From assembly GCA_902771695.1 (NCBI GenBank), contig CACXXP010000001.1:45862-109861 (forward strand): a DNA stretch of 64,000 nucleotides, in the 5' to 3' direction. This stretch comes from an uncultured Pseudomonadota bacterium (GTDB lineage Bacteria; Pseudomonadota; Alphaproteobacteria; Rs-D84). The notes under the pieces were generated by a model that did no database searches, was not told the DNA's origin, and saw nothing but the letters and a program-made list of their open reading frames with translations. The position numbers and the translations under genes are program-made. Below are positions 8,779 to 19,052 of the stretch, in pieces (the first letter of the stretch is position 1; each line of letters begins with the position of its first letter).

Positions 8779-8877
8779 TGCGCACGGTTAAAAAAATCAG
8801 TGTTGTGGCGTAGTGAGCGAAGCGAACGAAGACGCGTATGTAGATATGCAAATACAAAATCTGTTGTGAGTTCAAAG

Positions 8878-9243
8878 ATGTCTGATTATGATAAATATGT
8901 TCCACGTTTTGTTGGAAATGGGTTATTGAGATCCTTTGTACGAAAGGTTGTTTCAAGTGTTGTTGAAGGCCGAGATGCGTATATGCTGGATTTTACCGAT
9001 GAAAAAGGCGAAACACCGTTTGTTGGTCAAGGTATGGTTTTACCCAAGAGTTTGGGGTTTGTTCCAAAGGTCGGTATGAAGGCTATTTACGATAGGCCTG
9101 ACAATGTTGGAGCCGATGGAGAGGTTTCTTTTTATGATGACACTGGAAAACTTTTGTTTGATATAATGTGTATAGGTGGAGATTGGATTGTTACCAATAA
9201 GAATCCTGTTTTACTAGGAAAGATTAAAGAAAGAGCCATGTAA
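8878..9243 (+). CDS. Hypothetical protein (121 aa), ORFan.
   Basis: ORF beginning MSDYDKYVPRF. The longer 8800 start reads through the repeat and is unlikely. No recognisable motifs. Confidence 0.4.
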   Translation: MSDYDKYVPRFVGNGLLRSFVRKVVSSVVEGRDAYMLDFTDEKGETPFVGQGMVLPKSLGFVPKVGMKAIYDRPDNVGADGEVSFYDDTGKLLFDIMCIGGDWIVTNKNPVLLGKIKERAM

Positions 9244-9302
9244 TTTATAATTCTTGCAAACCGTAAAAATCATTTGTAGAATACACAGAAGTTTTGAATG
9301 TT

Positions 9303-9378
9303 GGCGGTGATGTGACCAACAACCACGGAGTCGGATTCAAAAACAAAAAAGTGATAAATTCGGGTGGCACCGCGCATA
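9303..9378 (+). repeat. Approximately 80-bp repeat copy B, 87 nt upstream of the aspS start.
   Basis: Direct-orientation copy of 8697..8778, about 90% identical. Confidence 0.8.
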
Positions 9379-9464
9379 GCCGTTTTATGCGCCCCGAACA
9401 GATGTTTAACCAATGGGTGCCAAAAAATCCTGTTTTTGTCGCCCGAACATAAAAGGGTATAGAT

Positions 9465-11234
9465 ATGTTATCACTGAAATCAAAGTATAGAACACATACA
9501 TGTGGGGAACTTTGTGCCAAAAATGTTGGCGAAACCGTTACATTGTCGGGCTGGGTTCATCGTAAACGTGACCACGGGTCATTGCTGTTTATTGACCTGC
9601 GTGATAATTACGGAATTACACAGATTGTTTTAGACGGTGGAAATGAAGATTTGGAACGTGTACGTCCAGAATCTGTATTACAGGTGACTGGTAAAGTTGT
9701 TGCACGTGACGCGTCGCAAATAAATGATAAAATTCCAACCGGTGAAATTGAAATAAGTGTGGAATCTTGGACTGTTTTAACATCGGCCGAAATTTTACCA
9801 TTCCAAGTATTTGGTGACGATGATACAAATGAAGAATTACGCTATAAATATCGTTTCTTGGATTTGCGTCGTGAAAAATTGCACCACAATATTTTGATGC
9901 GTAATAAAATGGTTAAATGGTTGCGCGATAAAATGTGGGATTTGGGTTTTTCAGAATTTCAAACGCCATTGCTGACCGCTGATTCACCCGAAGGTGCCCG
10001 TTGTTTTTTGGTGCCGTCACGTTTGAATCACGGTAAGTTTTATGCATTGCCCCAGGCACCACAAATGTTTAAGCAATTATTACAGGTATCTGGGTTTGAC
10101 CGCTATTTCCAAATTGCGCCATGTTTTCGCGATGAAGATTTGCGTTCAGACAGATTGTTGGAATTTTACCAATTAGACGTTGAAATGTCCTTTGTTGATT
10201 TACCAGAAATCCAAAAGGTTGGGGAAGTTGTTATACCAGAACTGATACGGACCTTTGCGCCGGATGCCAACGTATACCCTGAAATTCCACACATTTCATT
10301 TGATGACGCAATGTTGAAATATGGGTCGGATAAACCAGATTTGCGTAATCCGATTCTGATTTCAGATGTGACAGATATTTTCCGTGGGTCTGAATTTGGA
10401 ATATTTGCAAATGCAATTGAAAATGGCGCCGTTGTGCGTGCGATTCCGGCACCAAACAGTGCAGACAAACCGCGTTCTTGGTTTGATAAATTGACAGATT
10501 ATGCAACCAAAGAATTGGGACTTGGGGGATTGGCGTATATCGTGTTTGCCGATGAACCAAAGGGTCCAGTTGCCAAGAAATTAGATTCTGAACGTATTGC
10601 GAAATTGCATGAAATTGCCGGTGATAATTCATCACTGTTCTTTGTGTGTGATACGGTTGATATTGCATCCAAGGCCGCCGGAAAATTGCGTAATAGATTG
10701 GGTACGGATTTGGGATTGGTAAAACCGCGTGACTTTGCAATTTGTTGGGTTGATAATTTTCCATTCTTTGAACCAGACGAAGAACGTGGCGGGGCACCAG
10801 CGTTTACGCATAACCCGTTTTCGTATCCGCTTGCCACATTGGAAGAATTATCAACACGTGATCCGTTCACAATCAAGGCGGCACAGTTTGATATGGTTAT
10901 AAACGGTATTGAAATGTGCAGTGGTGGATTGCGTAATTATAACCCGGACGTTATGAAAAAGTGCTTTGATATTGCCGGTTATCCAATAGAGGCGGTTGAA
11001 AAGAACTTTTCGGCGCTGTACACCGCATTTAAATATGGTGCGCCACCACATGGTGGGTTCGGATTCGGTATTGACCGTTTGATTTCCGAAATATTGGGAA
11101 CAGGCGAAAGTTTGCGTGAAACGGTCGCATTTCCGGCAAACCAGCGTGGGCAAGATTTGCTGATGGGGTCGCCAAACGAAGTAACCGAACAGCAACTGCG
11201 CGATGTTCATATCCAGGTTCGTAAAAAGAACTAG
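9465..11234 (+). CDS. aspS: Aspartate--tRNA ligase.
   Basis: 589 aa. N-terminal OB anticodon-binding domain, class II motifs (FRDEDLRSDR…, GGLRNYNPDV, GAPPHGGFGFGIDRL). Confidence 0.93.
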   Translation: MLSLKSKYRTHTCGELCAKNVGETVTLSGWVHRKRDHGSLLFIDLRDNYGITQIVLDGGNEDLERVRPESVLQVTGKVVARDASQINDKIPTGEIEISVESWTVLTSAEILPFQVFGDDDTNEELRYKYRFLDLRREKLHHNILMRNKMVKWLRDKMWDLGFSEFQTPLLTADSPEGARCFLVPSRLNHGKFYALPQAPQMFKQLLQVSGFDRYFQIAPCFRDEDLRSDRLLEFYQLDVEMSFVDLPEIQKVGEVVIPELIRTFAPDANVYPEIPHISFDDAMLKYGSDKPDLRNPILISDVTDIFRGSEFGIFANAIENGAVVRAIPAPNSADKPRSWFDKLTDYATKELGLGGLAYIVFADEPKGPVAKKLDSERIAKLHEIAGDNSSLFFVCDTVDIASKAAGKLRNRLGTDLGLVKPRDFAICWVDNFPFFEPDEERGGAPAFTHNPFSYPLATLEELSTRDPFTIKAAQFDMVINGIEMCSGGLRNYNPDVMKKCFDIAGYPIEAVEKNFSALYTAFKYGAPPHGGFGFGIDRLISEILGTGESLRETVAFPANQRGQDLLMGSPNEVTEQQLRDVHIQVRKKN

Positions 11235-11263
11235 GGTTAATGAGCAGTGTAAGTGGTTAATGA

Positions 11264-11293
11264 CACCCACAGGTTTGTGGGTGTTTTTTTTCT
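11264..11293 (+). terminator. Rho-independent terminator after aspS.
   Basis: ACACCCACAGGTTTGTGGGTGT followed by T8. Confidence 0.7.
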
Positions 11294-11350
11294 TGACATT
11301 TTTATTTTTTGTGATAATTTTTGTCTAACCAAACATAAAAGAGGTTTATT

Positions 11351-12295
11351 ATGGATAACGCAAAAATTATGACTGATGCAGAAAAAACGCAACAAATGTG
11401 CGATTTTTCGAAGCGTCTTGCGGTACGAATGGGGGCTTTTGAAAAACAGAAACAAGAGTTAGCTGATGCGGAATCGCAACGAAAAAAAGCACAGGTTTTT
11501 CGTGATGATGTTATATCCAAAGTGGTGGTAACATCTGATTTGGGGTGGAAATTCGCAGAAAAATACTCTATGGATATCAATGGTAGTGTCGGTCAGTATA
11601 TTGAAAAATTAAACAATATTAAATATGCCAAAATGACATTACAGCAAAAACAAATGGTGCTGACCATTTTGTTTGCTGGGTTATTCTATGGCGCATACGA
11701 ATATTTTTCCGATATTAAAGACCAGGGTAAATTCAATGCAGAAGAAAATTCAGACATTGATGTGATTGGACAAGATGTAGAGTGGGTTAAACAACACATC
11801 GTGCCAGCGTTAGAATATTTGGATAAAGGAAATAATAGTATAAACCTTTATAGAGAATTTAATAGTAAACGTTCCGATATGTATCGTTTAAGTAGAAATG
11901 GTGCGGGCTTGCGATTAGGTGATTATGAAAGTTATTTATGGTACTTGGCTCGTGATACTGAACGCATGCTGGTTGGTGGAGATAACAGCCGAATTGTTGG
12001 AGCGTATTTTATTCGCGAATATCCAATAGATTATCCATATAGTGTGAATGATGTTAATCATTTTGTTTCAGCATTACGTGGATGTGGGGACCAGTACACC
12101 ATTGCGCCGGCGATAAATTTGTGGGCCGGTCGCTTTGAGGCCTCGTTGAATGGCAAAATCAATGCCGCAGAAGGTGAAATTGCCAAAATGCGTAGCAAAT
12201 TTACAACAAAAGAACAGGAAATTGCAGAGCTGTATGATTTGTTAGCACAAAATAGCGCGACGGTTCAACTGTTGGAAAAAGGCAAGAAAAAGTAA
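11351..12295 (+). CDS. Hypothetical protein with one TM helix and a coiled-coil N-terminus.
   Basis: 314 aa. TM segment MVLTILFAGLFYGAY. No catalytic motifs recognised. Confidence 0.45.
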   Translation: MDNAKIMTDAEKTQQMCDFSKRLAVRMGAFEKQKQELADAESQRKKAQVFRDDVISKVVVTSDLGWKFAEKYSMDINGSVGQYIEKLNNIKYAKMTLQQKQMVLTILFAGLFYGAYEYFSDIKDQGKFNAEENSDIDVIGQDVEWVKQHIVPALEYLDKGNNSINLYREFNSKRSDMYRLSRNGAGLRLGDYESYLWYLARDTERMLVGGDNSRIVGAYFIREYPIDYPYSVNDVNHFVSALRGCGDQYTIAPAINLWAGRFEASLNGKINAAEGEIAKMRSKFTTKEQEIAELYDLLAQNSATVQLLEKGKKK

Positions 12296-12307
12296 ATATT
12301 GTTTAAG

Positions 12308-12341
12308 TAAAAACACCCGCAGATTTGCGGGTGTTTTTTTA
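12308..12341. terminator. Bidirectional rho-independent terminator between convergent genes.
   Basis: A-run, ACACCCGCAGATTTGCGGGTGT, T-run. Confidence 0.65.
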
Positions 12342-14819
12342 TTAGAATTTATCGTGTGTTTTTATAAATTCACGCATAAACGCCGGGTCAAAACTTCGCA
12401 TTATTTCGGTTAACGAATATTTGCGTTGCCCATTTGGTGCGATGGTAACAGATGCCGTGACCGCATCTGGTGCGGTTGCACGCATCGCAATATTTAATTT
12501 TGCCGTCATTGCATTATCGGTAATATTTAATGCGCCGACAATGTCCGCGTGTCGCACAGAAATTGTTAACGGTTTTGTGGTTGCAAAGTTTCCTTGGGTA
12601 TATTTACCAATAACACGCATATTCTTTATTACCGTAGTTCCACTTTCCAATGCGGTAATCAGGTAATCTTCCACATTCAATCGTGTCAGGTCTTGGGCAT
12701 GTGAATAAAATCCATCCAAACCAATCCCATGTAAATATCCGCCATCAAATGTTAAATCCATATCGCCAACCATGTTGTACCAGATATCGTGCGCAATATG
12801 ACCAGATGTATGCAGTTGAATTTCTGCGGTAATAGATGTATCGGAAACATTTAATGGAAATGCCGATTCAAGCAATTTACCATTTATAACAAAACGGTTT
12901 AGTTGCAAGAAAATATCATATTCTGAACGTTCGCGTATAATTGTTGCCAATAAATTTCCACGTGAATTATCGGTAATAGAAAATGTCTGGGTCCCAGATT
13001 TTAATGCATACACGAAATTTTTATATGTATTTCCGTCATACACCAATGCGTCCGCAGTTATATATATATTGCGGTCAAAATCAAATGGAACCAAGATGGG
13101 TGAGTTTGCACGGAATGAAAGTTCTTCGTATCGGTCAAAGAAGTTTTGATTCAAGAAAGTATCCAATGTCAATATATCTGTGTGTAATGTTATCCCATTG
13201 GAATTTGATGTACCGGTAAAGACATGTCCACCAATTTTTATCGTTAAATCGGATACATCCCCATGGTCATTATATGTTCCAGATGCAACATAGGCAAAAT
13301 CGTTTATAGAACGTAAATCAAGTTTTGGAAACCATTTTTTTATACTGTCACCAGTCAAATAAAAGAAATTATCACGCAATGTCAAAGACCACGTTCCAGA
13401 ATTTGGGATAAACGACATAGTATCATTTGTCCATATAATATTACCTGGTTCGTTCATCATAAATTCAGGTAATAATTTTATGTGCGGATGCAACCAACGC
13501 AGATTTTTGCCGTATACATAATCATATTCTATTTTTGTATTGTCCCGATCAGATGTATATCGCCCACCCATATTTGCAAATCTGAATTTTACATTTATGG
13601 TTTTGCCTTTGAATCTGGATACGTATGCACCCAACTCTTCATATGTTATACTGTCGTTGGATGTAATGTTTGCAACCATTGATTTTGGGTCTGATTTTAT
13701 AACACCATAAATATTGCCATATCTGAAATCTTGACATTCCCATTTCGTTTGTGTTCCCGTAAACAAACATTGTATTGGAACACCATCAAAGTGTGTTTTT
13801 ACCATTACTTCGTGGATGCCTTTGTTGTCTATGGTGCCCCCAATAAATGTTTCGTCATCGGCAATAATTTTGTTTATCTGCATATATTGTTCTGTGTGCA
13901 CCGCGTCAATCTTTACATGGGAAAAATTACGTTTGTCAAATTTAAGATTTCCATGAAAGTCAATGTTTATACGGGCATTTGCAATGGTGTCATTGGGTTT
14001 TGTAATAAATGAAAAATCAAAGTCCGTATTATCAGATGTCAGGTTTATCGTTCGCCATCCATTTGGGTCCATTTCAACATTTCCATAAACATTGTTTGCC
14101 ACCATGTTGTAAAAGCGGAATCCGTATCCACCGTCCCACCAAAAATCTGTGGCAAGGTTAACACGACGTGTTAATTTTGGTTCAGAAAAATCAAACCAAG
14201 AATTTATTTTATCTGTGGATATTTCCAATGTCCCACTTGCCGCCCCAGATGGAAACAGTTCACCTTGGATATTTAAATCCAAATTCTTGTTTTTTATGGT
14301 AAATTCTTTTGCGTTAAATCTTATGTCGTATTTATGTTGCCCCGTACGCACAAGACCATTAAACGTTCCATTTTTGAACAGACCGTCAATAATGTAATAA
14401 TCTTTGTTCATAAATCGGATGACGGAATCATGAACAATCATGTCGTATTTAAGGTTCAATGTTTCCAGTGTAGTAAGGCTGATATCGGCACCAGTTGCGG
14501 TGATTTCACCACTAAGGTCCGTGTTAAACGGGTCAAACAATCCAGAAAATGGTATTTTTATGGCAAGTTTTTTTGTATGACCATGTTGGGTGTCAACCTC
14601 GTGTGCGACAATGGTTAGTCGTCCCAAAATACCAAATGTTATGTCGCCCTTGATGTCTGTGACCACACCTGTCTGGGCATAGATTGCGTCTTGCAACCGG
14701 TCACGCATTTTGTTCAGGTTTATAAATGCCGGTAATATCAACAGCCCGATGGCCATCAAAGCAATTAAAATAAGGATTATCCAAAATGTTCTACGCTTGT
14801 GGCGTGGTTTCATCGGCAT
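12342..14819 (-). CDS. AsmA-family outer-membrane-biogenesis protein.
   Basis: 825 aa with an N-terminal signal anchor (RRTFWIILILIALMAIGLLILPAF). Long, repetitive beta-rich periplasmic protein typical of the AsmA/TamB-like family. Confidence 0.55.
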   Translation of the reverse strand: MPMKPRHKRRTFWIILILIALMAIGLLILPAFINLNKMRDRLQDAIYAQTGVVTDIKGDITFGILGRLTIVAHEVDTQHGHTKKLAIKIPFSGLFDPFNTDLSGEITATGADISLTTLETLNLKYDMIVHDSVIRFMNKDYYIIDGLFKNGTFNGLVRTGQHKYDIRFNAKEFTIKNKNLDLNIQGELFPSGAASGTLEISTDKINSWFDFSEPKLTRRVNLATDFWWDGGYGFRFYNMVANNVYGNVEMDPNGWRTINLTSDNTDFDFSFITKPNDTIANARINIDFHGNLKFDKRNFSHVKIDAVHTEQYMQINKIIADDETFIGGTIDNKGIHEVMVKTHFDGVPIQCLFTGTQTKWECQDFRYGNIYGVIKSDPKSMVANITSNDSITYEELGAYVSRFKGKTINVKFRFANMGGRYTSDRDNTKIEYDYVYGKNLRWLHPHIKLLPEFMMNEPGNIIWTNDTMSFIPNSGTWSLTLRDNFFYLTGDSIKKWFPKLDLRSINDFAYVASGTYNDHGDVSDLTIKIGGHVFTGTSNSNGITLHTDILTLDTFLNQNFFDRYEELSFRANSPILVPFDFDRNIYITADALVYDGNTYKNFVYALKSGTQTFSITDNSRGNLLATIIRERSEYDIFLQLNRFVINGKLLESAFPLNVSDTSITAEIQLHTSGHIAHDIWYNMVGDMDLTFDGGYLHGIGLDGFYSHAQDLTRLNVEDYLITALESGTTVIKNMRVIGKYTQGNFATTKPLTISVRHADIVGALNITDNAMTAKLNIAMRATAPDAVTASVTIAPNGQRKYSLTEIMRSFDPAFMREFIKTHDKF

Positions 14820-14866
14820 TCTCTCGTCCCCTTGTTTTTTTATTATAATAGATTATACTTTCGGTT

Positions 14867-16855
14867 GTGAACAAAAAAATTTTTAATCTTGAAAGTGATT
14901 ATAAACCCATGGGGGACCAGCCGGGTGCGATTGCTGATTTGGTAAATGGAATAAACCAAGGGCGGCGTTCCCAGGTATTATTGGGGGTGACGGGGTCTGG
15001 GAAAACATTTACAATGGCAAATGTTATCGCAGAATTGGGGCGTCCGGCCTTGTTGATGGCACCAAACAAAATTTTGGCGGCCCAGTTATATACAGAAATG
15101 AAATCTTTTTTCCCGCATAATCATGTTGAATATTTTGTGTCGTATTATGATTATTATCAACCCGAAGCATATGTTCCCACAACCGATACATATATTGATA
15201 AAGATGCATCTATAAATGATCAATTGGATCGTATGCGGCACAGTGCAACGCGTGCAATGTTAGAAGAACGTGATGTTATTGTTGTTTCGTCTGTTTCATC
15301 TATTTATGGATTGGGAACCCCAGAACAGTATTCTGAAATGAAACTGGTTATTCGGGTTGGCGATATGATGGGGCGTGATGATGTCATGCGGGAATTGGTA
15401 AATATTCAATATCGGCGTAATGATGTTGCATTTGAGCGTGGATGTTTCCGTGTGCGTGGTGATACATTGGATATATTCCCGTCACACAGTCAGGATAGGG
15501 CATGGAAAATTTCTTTCTGGGGGGACGAGGTTGAAGAAATATGGGAATTTGATACATTGACGGGGGCGAAATTGTTCCAAATTGAACGTGCGGTCGTGTA
15601 TCCAAATACGCACTATGCGACACCGATGCCGTCCGTTGTCCAGGCAATAGGACAAATTCGCCGGGATTTGAATGAACGTTTACAATACTTTCATGAAAAC
15701 ATGAAATATATAGAAGAACAACGGTTGCGTGAACGTGTAAATCTGGATATAGAAATGATGGAATCAACCGGGACATGTCGTGGAATAGAAAACTATTCGC
15801 GTTATTTATCTGGACGCGCACCGGGACAACCACCACCGACGTTGTTTGAATATTTACCCAAAAATGCAATTTTATTCATAGATGAAAGTCATGTGACTGT
15901 TCCGCAGATAGCCGCGATGTCACGTGGCGACAGGGCACGTAAAGAAACATTGGCACAATACGGTTTTCGGTTGCCTTCATGTATAGATAACAGACCGTTA
16001 ACATTTGATGAATGGGATGCGATGCGTCCGCAAACAATATTTGTGTCGGCAACACCAGCGGAATGGGAAATGTCCCAATCCGGTGGTATTGTCGCAGAAC
16101 AGGTGATTCGTCCCACTGGGCTGTTAGACCCAGAATGTATTGTGAGACCAATTAAAAACCAGGTTGATGATTTATTAACCGAGGTTAAATCTATCCAGGG
16201 CAGGGTGCTGGTTACGACACTTACCAAAAAAATGGCGGAACAATTGACGGACTATTTTGTAGAAAATGGTGTTCGTGCACGATATCTGCACAGTGATATT
16301 GAAACATTGGAACGTATAGAATTGCTGCGTGATTTACGTATGGGAAAATTTGATGTATTGGTTGGAATAAATTTGTTGCGTGAAGGTCTGGATGTGCCTG
16401 AATGTGAATTGGTTGCAATTATGGATGCAGATAAAGAAGGTTTTTTGCGTTCAACACGGTCTTTAATTCAGACAATTGGGCGGGCGGCACGAAATGCGAA
16501 TGGACGTGTGATATTATACGCCGATGTTATGACAGATTCCATGAAGGCGGCATTGGATGAAACTGCGCGACGCCGTGAAAAACAAATGGCATACAATTTG
16601 GAACACGGTATAACACCAAAAACAGTGTCCAAAGCTGTTTTTGACGAAGTGGCCGATGTACAAGAAAAAACAGATAAAAAGCGCAAATTCTTGTACAGCA
16701 AAGACGCAGTTTGGGATGCCGAAACATTACGTAAAGAAATTAAAACGTTAACACAAAAGATGCGTAAATCGGCCGAAAACTTGGATTTTGAAACGGCGGC
16801 AGAATTGCGTGACACGATTCGTAAAATGGAAGACGATTTATTGTTATTGGAGTAA
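14867..16855 (+). CDS. uvrB: Excinuclease ABC subunit B.
   Basis: 662 aa. Walker [11 protein letters not shown], helicase motifs, and a C-terminal UVR domain (…[16 protein letters not shown]). Confidence 0.93.
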   Translation: MNKKIFNLESDYKPMGDQPGAIADLVNGINQGRRSQVLLGVTGSGKTFTMANVIAELGRPALLMAPNKILAAQLYTEMKSFFPHNHVEYFVSYYDYYQPEAYVPTTDTYIDKDASINDQLDRMRHSATRAMLEERDVIVVSSVSSIYGLGTPEQYSEMKLVIRVGDMMGRDDVMRELVNIQYRRNDVAFERGCFRVRGDTLDIFPSHSQDRAWKISFWGDEVEEIWEFDTLTGAKLFQIERAVVYPNTHYATPMPSVVQAIGQIRRDLNERLQYFHENMKYIEEQRLRERVNLDIEMMESTGTCRGIENYSRYLSGRAPGQPPPTLFEYLPKNAILFIDESHVTVPQIAAMSRGDRARKETLAQYGFRLPSCIDNRPLTFDEWDAMRPQTIFVSATPAEWEMSQSGGIVAEQVIRPTGLLDPECIVRPIKNQVDDLLTEVKSIQGRVLVTTLTKKMAEQLTDYFVENGVRARYLHSDIETLERIELLRDLRMGKFDVLVGINLLREGLDVPECELVAIMDADKEGFLRSTRSLIQTIGRAARNANGRVILYADVMTDSMKAALDETARRREKQMAYNLEHGITPKTVSKAVFDEVADVQEKTDKKRKFLYSKDAVWDAETLRKEIKTLTQKMRKSAENLDFETAAELRDTIRKMEDDLLLLE

Positions 16856-16858
16856 AAA

Positions 16859-17269
16859 ATGCAAACATTTATAACGAAAAATATTAACGAGACAAGAAAT
16901 TGGGCGGCGAAATTCGCAAAAACTTTGATTCAACCAACGACCGTTGCATTGCATGGCGATTTGGGTGTGGGTAAATCTGAAATTGCCCGAACAATAATTC
17001 AAACACTGTGTGGGGTGGATACCGTGGTCCCCAGTCCGACATTTACACTTGTTCAAACATATATTGCGGGAAAAATCAAGATTTCTCATTTTGATTTATA
17101 TCGGATTTCTGATGTCGCCGAATTGGTTGAAATCGGTCTTGGGTATGCGATACAGAATGATATAACTTTGATTGAATGGCCAGATATCGCGGCAGACATG
17201 TTGCCTAAAAATACGATTCACATTGATATCACAGAATTGGATGATGGACGCCAGATAGTAATTAGGTAA
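16859..17269 (+). CDS. tsaE: tRNA threonylcarbamoyladenosine biosynthesis ATPase TsaE.
   Basis: 136 aa. P-loop GDLGVGKS and the conserved SPTFTLV…HFDLYR motif. Confidence 0.8.
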   Translation: MQTFITKNINETRNWAAKFAKTLIQPTTVALHGDLGVGKSEIARTIIQTLCGVDTVVPSPTFTLVQTYIAGKIKISHFDLYRISDVAELVEIGLGYAIQNDITLIEWPDIAADMLPKNTIHIDITELDDGRQIVIR

Positions 17270-17270
17270 T

Positions 17271-19052
17271 TTATAATTTTTGTTTCTTTAATAATGCCTG
17301 GACCGCGAGTGGAAAATCAGGGGCATTTTTAAGATATGAACCACTGACCAATACATCTGCGCCCGCGTTCCAACAGAGTTTCGCGGTTTCATCATTTATT
17401 CCACCGTCAACAGATATTATAAATTTCAATCCATATTTTTTGCGTGCCGTCGCCAATACAGATATTTTTGAAATAATGTCAAAATCAAATTTTTGACCGG
17501 CTGCCCCAGGTTTTACCGCCATAACCATTACTTCATCAATATCTCGTAAAATTGTTTTAAGTAAAGATACCGGCGAATCCGGATTCAATGCGATACCAAC
17601 ACGGCGACCGGCGCGACGAACAATTTGGACGGCATTGCGTAATCCCGCTGTATTTGTAGACAGTATAATTGTATTCGCACCGGCGTCAATCGCACTGCGT
17701 GCCCATTCTGTTGGGGCCTCGGTCATTAAATGGACATGCAGGTGCCCATTCCATGATGCACGTATTTGGCGTAACTGTTCAATGCCCCCGGCAATTTTAT
17801 CAACATACAGACCATCCATTATGTCAACATGAATCGCGTTTATACCCGCCGATGCAAACATGCTGTATGTTTCGGGCGCGCGCATATCAAAGCATAACGT
17901 GCTTGGCATAATGGGGATAATTTTTTGTTTGGTCTTGCGATTTTTGCGGTGAAATATTTTACATATTTTATCGGCAAAACGTTGAAATTTTGCAAGACGT
18001 GCCAAGTATCTTTGACGGTGCGGTTCATTCGTTTTCCATATGTAATTGGATAACGCGCGCACCACAGTATCAGGGCCACCGACAGTTATTGGTATATCAA
18101 ATGTTTGTGATAACAAATCGACAATGCCGTCTATGTTTGCACCGCCACCGGTTAAAACAATTTGCGCAGGTGTATATTTTTCAAGATGTGGGGCAACATT
18201 GGTTTTTATTTGCTCTATCAAATTATTATAGAAAGGAATAACAATATCATTTACATCTGCACATGAAAATGCATACGCGCTGTCAGCAGGGCTGAACCGG
18301 GCCATGTCATTTGATTTCAGATTTGCAACATTGCGTTTTATTCTTTCGGCCTCGGTAAAAGAAATTGCTAAATTTGTTGATATTTCATTTGTTAAATCAT
18401 TCCCGCCAATGGCTGGTGCATCGTACCATACCAAGCCGCGTCGTGTCCATATTGATACCGTTGTGTTTTCGGCACCCAAATCCATAAACATGATTGGTTC
18501 TTGGGTTGATGTAAACGCCGCGTGTTCCAAGAAATGCGGTGCATAGAACCCAATTGGTTGAATATGTGCGTGGCGCAAAAGTTCCAATATTTTATTCATA
18601 TATTCATTATCAAAAAACAATGCAGAATACGCCGCAACCAATTGTCTGTCGGTGTGTCCAATTGGGGATAACATATTTCTTATTTTTGGTGTATCATACC
18701 GCAGTGGAATAATGTGCATAGGGTAAAAACCGTCGGGTACATCAATTTTTGTTATCTGCGATTTTATATCTGCCGCAGTTATTTTATGGTCGTTTGCCCA
18801 CACAGTGTTTTGTGGTGACATCTTAAAAAATGATGGACCAAAATTACCGGTAATATATGTCGTATCAAAATGCATACCAATTTGTTGTTCCAGTTCGTCT
18901 ATGACAGATTTTAATGCAAACACAGTATCAAAATCATCTACGGAATAATATTTACTGCTTTCTATGGTTGCATTACGTATACGGTGCGCAATACCGCGTA
19001 CACCGCATGTACCAATATCAAGACATAAAAAGGCCGAATCAATCATATTCAT
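17271..19052 (-). CDS. ftsA-rpe: Single ORF fusing an FtsA-like actin-fold cell-division protein (about residues 1-375) to ribulose-phosphate 3-epimerase (about residues 380-593).
   Basis: N-terminal part: LCLDIGTCGV, phosphate-2 FMDLGAENTTVSI, adenosine motif IVLTGGGANIDG, and a C-terminal amphipathic helix FQRFADKICKIFHRK. C-terminal part: the Rpe motifs HVDIMDG, HVHLM, KPGAAGQKF and VDGG. The gene lies directly downstream of ftsQ. Confidence 0.75.
   Translation of the reverse strand: MNMIDSAFLCLDIGTCGVRGIAHRIRNATIESSKYYSVDDFDTVFALKSVIDELEQQIGMHFDTTYITGNFGPSFFKMSPQNTVWANDHKITAADIKSQITKIDVPDGFYPMHIIPLRYDTPKIRNMLSPIGHTDRQLVAAYSALFFDNEYMNKILELLRHAHIQPIGFYAPHFLEHAAFTSTQEPIMFMDLGAENTTVSIWTRRGLVWYDAPAIGGNDLTNEISTNLAISFTEAERIKRNVANLKSNDMARFSPADSAYAFSCADVNDIVIPFYNNLIEQIKTNVAPHLEKYTPAQIVLTGGGANIDGIVDLLSQTFDIPITVGGPDTVVRALSNYIWKTNEPHRQRYLARLAKFQRFADKICKIFHRKNRKTKQKIIPIMPSTLCFDMRAPETYSMFASAGINAIHVDIMDGLYVDKIAGGIEQLRQIRASWNGHLHVHLMTEAPTEWARSAIDAGANTIILSTNTAGLRNAVQIVRRAGRRVGIALNPDSPVSLLKTILRDIDEVMVMAVKPGAAGQKFDFDIISKISVLATARKKYGLKFIISVDGGINDETAKLCWNAGADVLVSGSYLKNAPDFPLAVQALLKKQKL

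Noticed and set aside
10231-10797. Long antisense ORFs inside aspS (10231..10797, 10499..10876). Similar cases lie inside the RND gene (36778..37362, 37372..38007) and the pyruvate kinase gene (49114..49764).
   Set aside because: They are fully embedded, on the opposite strand, in genes with strong family motifs. Such antisense ORFs are expected by chance in long genes with biased codon usage.
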